The notes beneath the pieces were generated by a model. It worked only from the letters and a program-made list of their open reading frames with translations. It was not told where the DNA came from and did not search any database. Shown piece after piece: positions 53,995 to 58,012 of a stretch of DNA of 58,012 bases. The number at the start of each line of letters is the position of its first letter. Position 1 is the first letter of the stretch. Where the stretch lies: assembly GCA_012523355.1 (NCBI GenBank), contig JAAYIR010000207.1, positions 1 to 58,012 of the forward strand, in the 5' to 3' direction. This DNA is from a candidate division WS1 bacterium. Its GTDB lineage: Bacteria; Armatimonadota; Zipacnadia; Zipacnadales; Zipacnadaceae. The position numbers were made by a program, and so were the translations under genes.

Positions 53995-54771
53995 GTGCTC
54001 TGCGCAGGCGTGGACATTGGCAGTGTGGCCACCAAGGTTGTGGTCCGGGACGATCGGGAGCAGCGCGTCCTGGCCTCGGCCGTGCGGGCTTCGGGCTGGG
54101 ATCCGCGCCAGGCGGGTGAGCAGTGCCTTGCCGACGCTCTGGAAGCGGCTTCGCTGGAACGCTCTGACCTGGAGGCTCTGGTAGTCACGGGTTATGGCCG
54201 CACCCTCTGGCCGGAGGAGAGCCGTGTGGTCACCGAGCTCACCTGCCTCTTCCACGGGGTGCGGGAGACTGTCCCGGGCGTGCGTACCGCCTTTGACGTG
54301 GGAGGGCAGGATAGCAAGGTTCTGGCCCTGGACGCCCGCGGTGAGCTCGTGGACTTTGTCGTCAACGACCGCTGTGCAGCCGGCACCGGGCGTTTCCTCG
54401 AACTGTCCGGCCAGCGCCTGGGTCTGACGGCGGCCGAGCTGGGGCAGCTTGCCACACAGGCCTCAGAGACGGTGCCTCTGTCAAACGTGTGCGCGGTCTT
54501 CGCTGAGAGCGAGGTGGTGGGGCTCTTGGCCCGCGGCGTGGATCGCTCAGCCATCGCGCGAGGGCTGTGCGAGGCCGTGGCGCAGCAGCTTCTCGCCCTC
54601 GCCGGCCGTCTTCCGCGCACCGCGCCTCTTGCCTTGACAGGCGGGGTGGCGTACAATGCGGGAGTATGTGCTGCTCTGGAGCGCGCCCTCGAGGAACCGG
54701 TGGCCGTTCCAGCAGACCCCCAACTGGTCGTAGCCCTGGGTGCGGCGATTCTGGCCTCTGAAAAGGAGTAG
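53995..54771 (+). CDS. BcrAD/BadFG-family ATPase (2-hydroxyacyl-CoA dehydratase / benzoyl-CoA reductase-type activase)
   Basis: The ASKHA fold motifs GVDIGSVATKVVV, DVGGQDSKV and LTGGVAYN, with the bridging-cluster cysteines in NDRCAAGTGRFLE and SNVCAVFAESE. It has a GTG start. Confidence 0.85.
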   Translation: MLCAGVDIGSVATKVVVRDDREQRVLASAVRASGWDPRQAGEQCLADALEAASLERSDLEALVVTGYGRTLWPEESRVVTELTCLFHGVRETVPGVRTAFDVGGQDSKVLALDARGELVDFVVNDRCAAGTGRFLELSGQRLGLTAAELGQLATQASETVPLSNVCAVFAESEVVGLLARGVDRSAIARGLCEAVAQQLLALAGRLPRTAPLALTGGVAYNAGVCAALERALEEPVAVPADPQLVVALGAAILASEKE

Positions 54772-54822
54772 CCAGGCGGGCAGTTGTTCGGCTCTTAACG
54801 ACACAAACGCCATATCATCACC

Positions 54823-55614
54823 ATGCGTAGTGAGATTCATCTGGTCATGGTTTTCGCGCTCCTGGTCGGGATTGCGCCTTTGCAGGCCGAGGAGCTCAAC
54901 AAGCCCCAACAGGCGAAGTCGCAGGTCGCTTCGGCCCGGATCGAGCTAGGCGCGGGTCACCCGGCCCGCGCAGTCGAGTTGTTGCTCTCCGCCTCTGAAC
55001 TGCTTCCGGAATGGGTCGTGCCGCGTGAATGGCTGGCCCTGGCCTACCAGCGGCAGGGTGAGAAGGACAAGGCTCTGGCCGAATATGCCTGGCTCCAGCG
55101 CAAGACCTACAACTTCGACCCCTACGGCCGGAGCAACCCACCTGAGAGCAAGGAACTGATCATTTCTGCCGAGGCTCTGACCATGTGGCTCATTAATGAA
55201 ACCCGGCGCCAGCAGGACCTCGCGTTCTTGCGCTGCGAACCCCAACTCTCGGTGGTGGCCCGCGGGCATTCCCTGGAGATGGCTACGCTGGGGTACTTCA
55301 GCCACGAGTCGCCCACGCCGGGTCTGTGTCAGTCTGTGGACCGCTTCCGCAATGTCTTCAACTTCGTGCCCGGCGTATTGGCCGAAAACATCGCTCGCCG
55401 CTGGGGTAGCTCTCCCTGTCTCAATTTGGAGAACATAGCTCGGACTCACGAGGACTTCCTCGGCAGTCCCGGACACCGGGCCAATATCCTCTCCGCAGAC
55501 GTTGAATGCATGGGGGTGGGGGTGGCAGCGAACGCGCAGGGAGCCTATTGGGTGACAGAGGTCTTCGCGAGGTTCAGCACGACGCCGCCCCCGGATGGAA
55601 CATGGAACAACTGA
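54823..55614 (+). CDS. Secreted CAP/SCP (YkwD-like) domain protein with an N-terminal TPR-like segment
   Basis: A signal peptide (LVMVFALLVGIAPLQA), with HSLEMATLGYFSHESP and SPGHRANIL CAP-domain motifs. Confidence 0.8.
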   Translation: MRSEIHLVMVFALLVGIAPLQAEELNKPQQAKSQVASARIELGAGHPARAVELLLSASELLPEWVVPREWLALAYQRQGEKDKALAEYAWLQRKTYNFDPYGRSNPPESKELIISAEALTMWLINETRRQQDLAFLRCEPQLSVVARGHSLEMATLGYFSHESPTPGLCQSVDRFRNVFNFVPGVLAENIARRWGSSPCLNLENIARTHEDFLGSPGHRANILSADVECMGVGVAANAQGAYWVTEVFARFSTTPPPDGTWNN

Positions 55615-56174
55615 TCAGAGCCGCCTTGCTCGAGTCCTCGCAGCTGCTCGCCGCGATGGGAGAGAGCCTGGCCTCCGAGGTCGCGGAGGTGACTCAGCGG
55701 GCCATAGACTGCCTCCGGGGAGGGCACCTGATCGCCCTCTGCGGAAACGGAGGGAGCGCCTCCCAGGCGCAACACCTGGCCGGTGAGCTGGTGGGACGTT
55801 TTCGTCGCGAGCGGGCGGCCTTCCGCGCGATCTCCCTCACCACGGACACCGCCGTCCTGACGGCTATCGCCAACGACTATGGATACGAGGAGGTCTTCCG
55901 GCGACAGGTGGAGGGACTGCTGGAGCCGGGGGACATGCTCGTCTGCCTGAGCACAAGTGGCAATGCCGAGAACATTCTCCGCGCTGTGGCGGACTGCAAA
56001 TCACGTGGTATCTTGACGGTTGGCCTGACGGGCGAGACGGGTGGCAAGCTGGCAGAGATCGCCGACCTCTGCTTGAAAGTCCCCCACCGCCAGACCTCCA
56101 CCATTCAGGAGGCGCATCTGGCCGTTGGGCACGTGCTCTGCGATCTGATTGAGAAGTCCCTGGCCGCTCGCTAG
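55602..56174 (+). CDS. gmhA: Phosphoheptose isomerase (SIS domain)
   Basis: CGNGGSASQAQHLAGELVGRF, NDYGYEEVFRRQV, LSTSGNAENI and the C-terminal IQEAHLAVGHVLC. I chose the internal ATG at 55602, which overlaps the end of the CAP gene by 13 nt. Confidence 0.85.
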   Translation: MEQLIRAALLESSQLLAAMGESLASEVAEVTQRAIDCLRGGHLIALCGNGGSASQAQHLAGELVGRFRRERAAFRAISLTTDTAVLTAIANDYGYEEVFRRQVEGLLEPGDMLVCLSTSGNAENILRAVADCKSRGILTVGLTGETGGKLAEIADLCLKVPHRQTSTIQEAHLAVGHVLCDLIEKSLAAR

Positions 56175-56226
56175 CAGACAGGGTTCGGTCAGGGGAGGCT
56201 CCACATGTCATCCGCGTGGGTTCCCC

Positions 56227-56255
56227 TTGTACAGGCAGTGCTGAAGCAGTAAAAT
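56227..56255 (+). promoter_or_regulatory. Putative sigma70-type promoter of guaB
   Basis: TTGTAC (56227-56232), a 17-nt spacer, then TAAAAT (56250-56255), about 70 nt upstream of the guaB ATG. Confidence 0.45.
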
Positions 56256-56322
56256 ACATTGAACACGACCCGTTCCACTGAGCCTTTGCTCGAACCTGGT
56301 GTCAGGTCCATTCAAGGAGTGA

Positions 56323-57804
<1,482 letters not shown>

Positions 57805-57942
57805 GAGAGTGAACAGTTGACAGTCGGTAGTTCACAGTAGTGCCCCACAACCGGGTTTCCCCGCTGCTGGTGTGCGCCGTGATCTGGTTGGTGCCAGGCG
57901 CGCCCCCTGTAGACTGAGAACTGCTGACTGCTGACTTCAGCC

Positions 57943-58012
57943 ATGGCTGTGATTCGACTGGTTCACCTCACCAAACGTTTTGGCGAAACGGTGGCCGTCC
58001 AGGATGTGAACC
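57943..58012 (+). CDS. ABC transporter ATP-binding protein, N-terminal fragment (continues beyond the window)
   Basis: MAVIRLVHLTKRFGETVAVQDVN is a typical ABC ATPase N-terminal strand. Only 23 codons are visible. Confidence 0.55.
   Translation, partial: MAVIRLVHLTKRFGETVAVQDVN

Noticed and set aside
57921-57940. A short tandem-like repeat, CTGCTGACTGCTGACTT, downstream of guaB.
   Set aside because: There are only two copies of a 7-8 nt unit. It is too short to be a meaningful repeat or array and probably arose by chance in a spacer before the next gene.

Overview
This is a high-GC bacterial chromosomal segment, densely packed and almost entirely housekeeping. I count about 51 protein-coding genes, many joined by 1-4 nt start/stop overlaps. 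I found no rRNA, tRNA, CRISPR array, transposase/integrase or obvious prophage material. Gene order from left to right: nuoN (3' end), rex and a polyprenyl-PP synthase. Then, on the minus strand, rplI-dnaB-purD-purE-purF-purM and an Mla-like lipid ABC transporter (mlaE-mlaF plus an unusually large MCE protein). Next is a translation cluster, rpmE-DUF1385-prfA-prmC-tsaC-ychF-like, followed by an uncharacterised PEPCK/HprK-fold protein. After that come a DUF1559 prepilin-like protein, an FHA-GAF histidine kinase, a MazG-like NTPase and a two-subunit AddAB/AdnAB-type helicase-nuclease. Then a secreted parvulin PPIase, a processive GT2 synthase with a polytopic membrane partner, and a Tat-signal DUF362 protein. 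On the minus strand follows an rSAM-ubiB-maf-mreBCD block, then a sugar-phosphate isomerase, a TPR membrane protein, a GNAT and a DUF1232 protein. The right end carries guaA-hpt-rho, envelope genes (an LTXXQ/Spy-like protein, a GT4, an M48 lipoprotein protease), an AraR-type regulator, an ArsB/NhaD permease, an orphan BcrAD/BadFG activase, a CAP-domain protein, gmhA, guaB and the start of an ABC ATPase. Several near-consensus sigma70-type promoters and a few hairpins are visible in the rare intergenic gaps. The content (DUF1559 prepilin-like protein, copper-amine-oxidase-like stalk domain, Mla and Mre systems) loosely suggests an Armatimonadota/Planctomycetota-like diderm, but this is inference only. 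I do not see a clear-cut novel multi-gene system such as a defence island. The best candidates for undescribed biology are the ychF-like/PEPCK-fold gene pair, the giant MCE protein with a beta-rich C-terminus, and the orphan activase. All functional calls come from motif recognition by eye, not from database searches.
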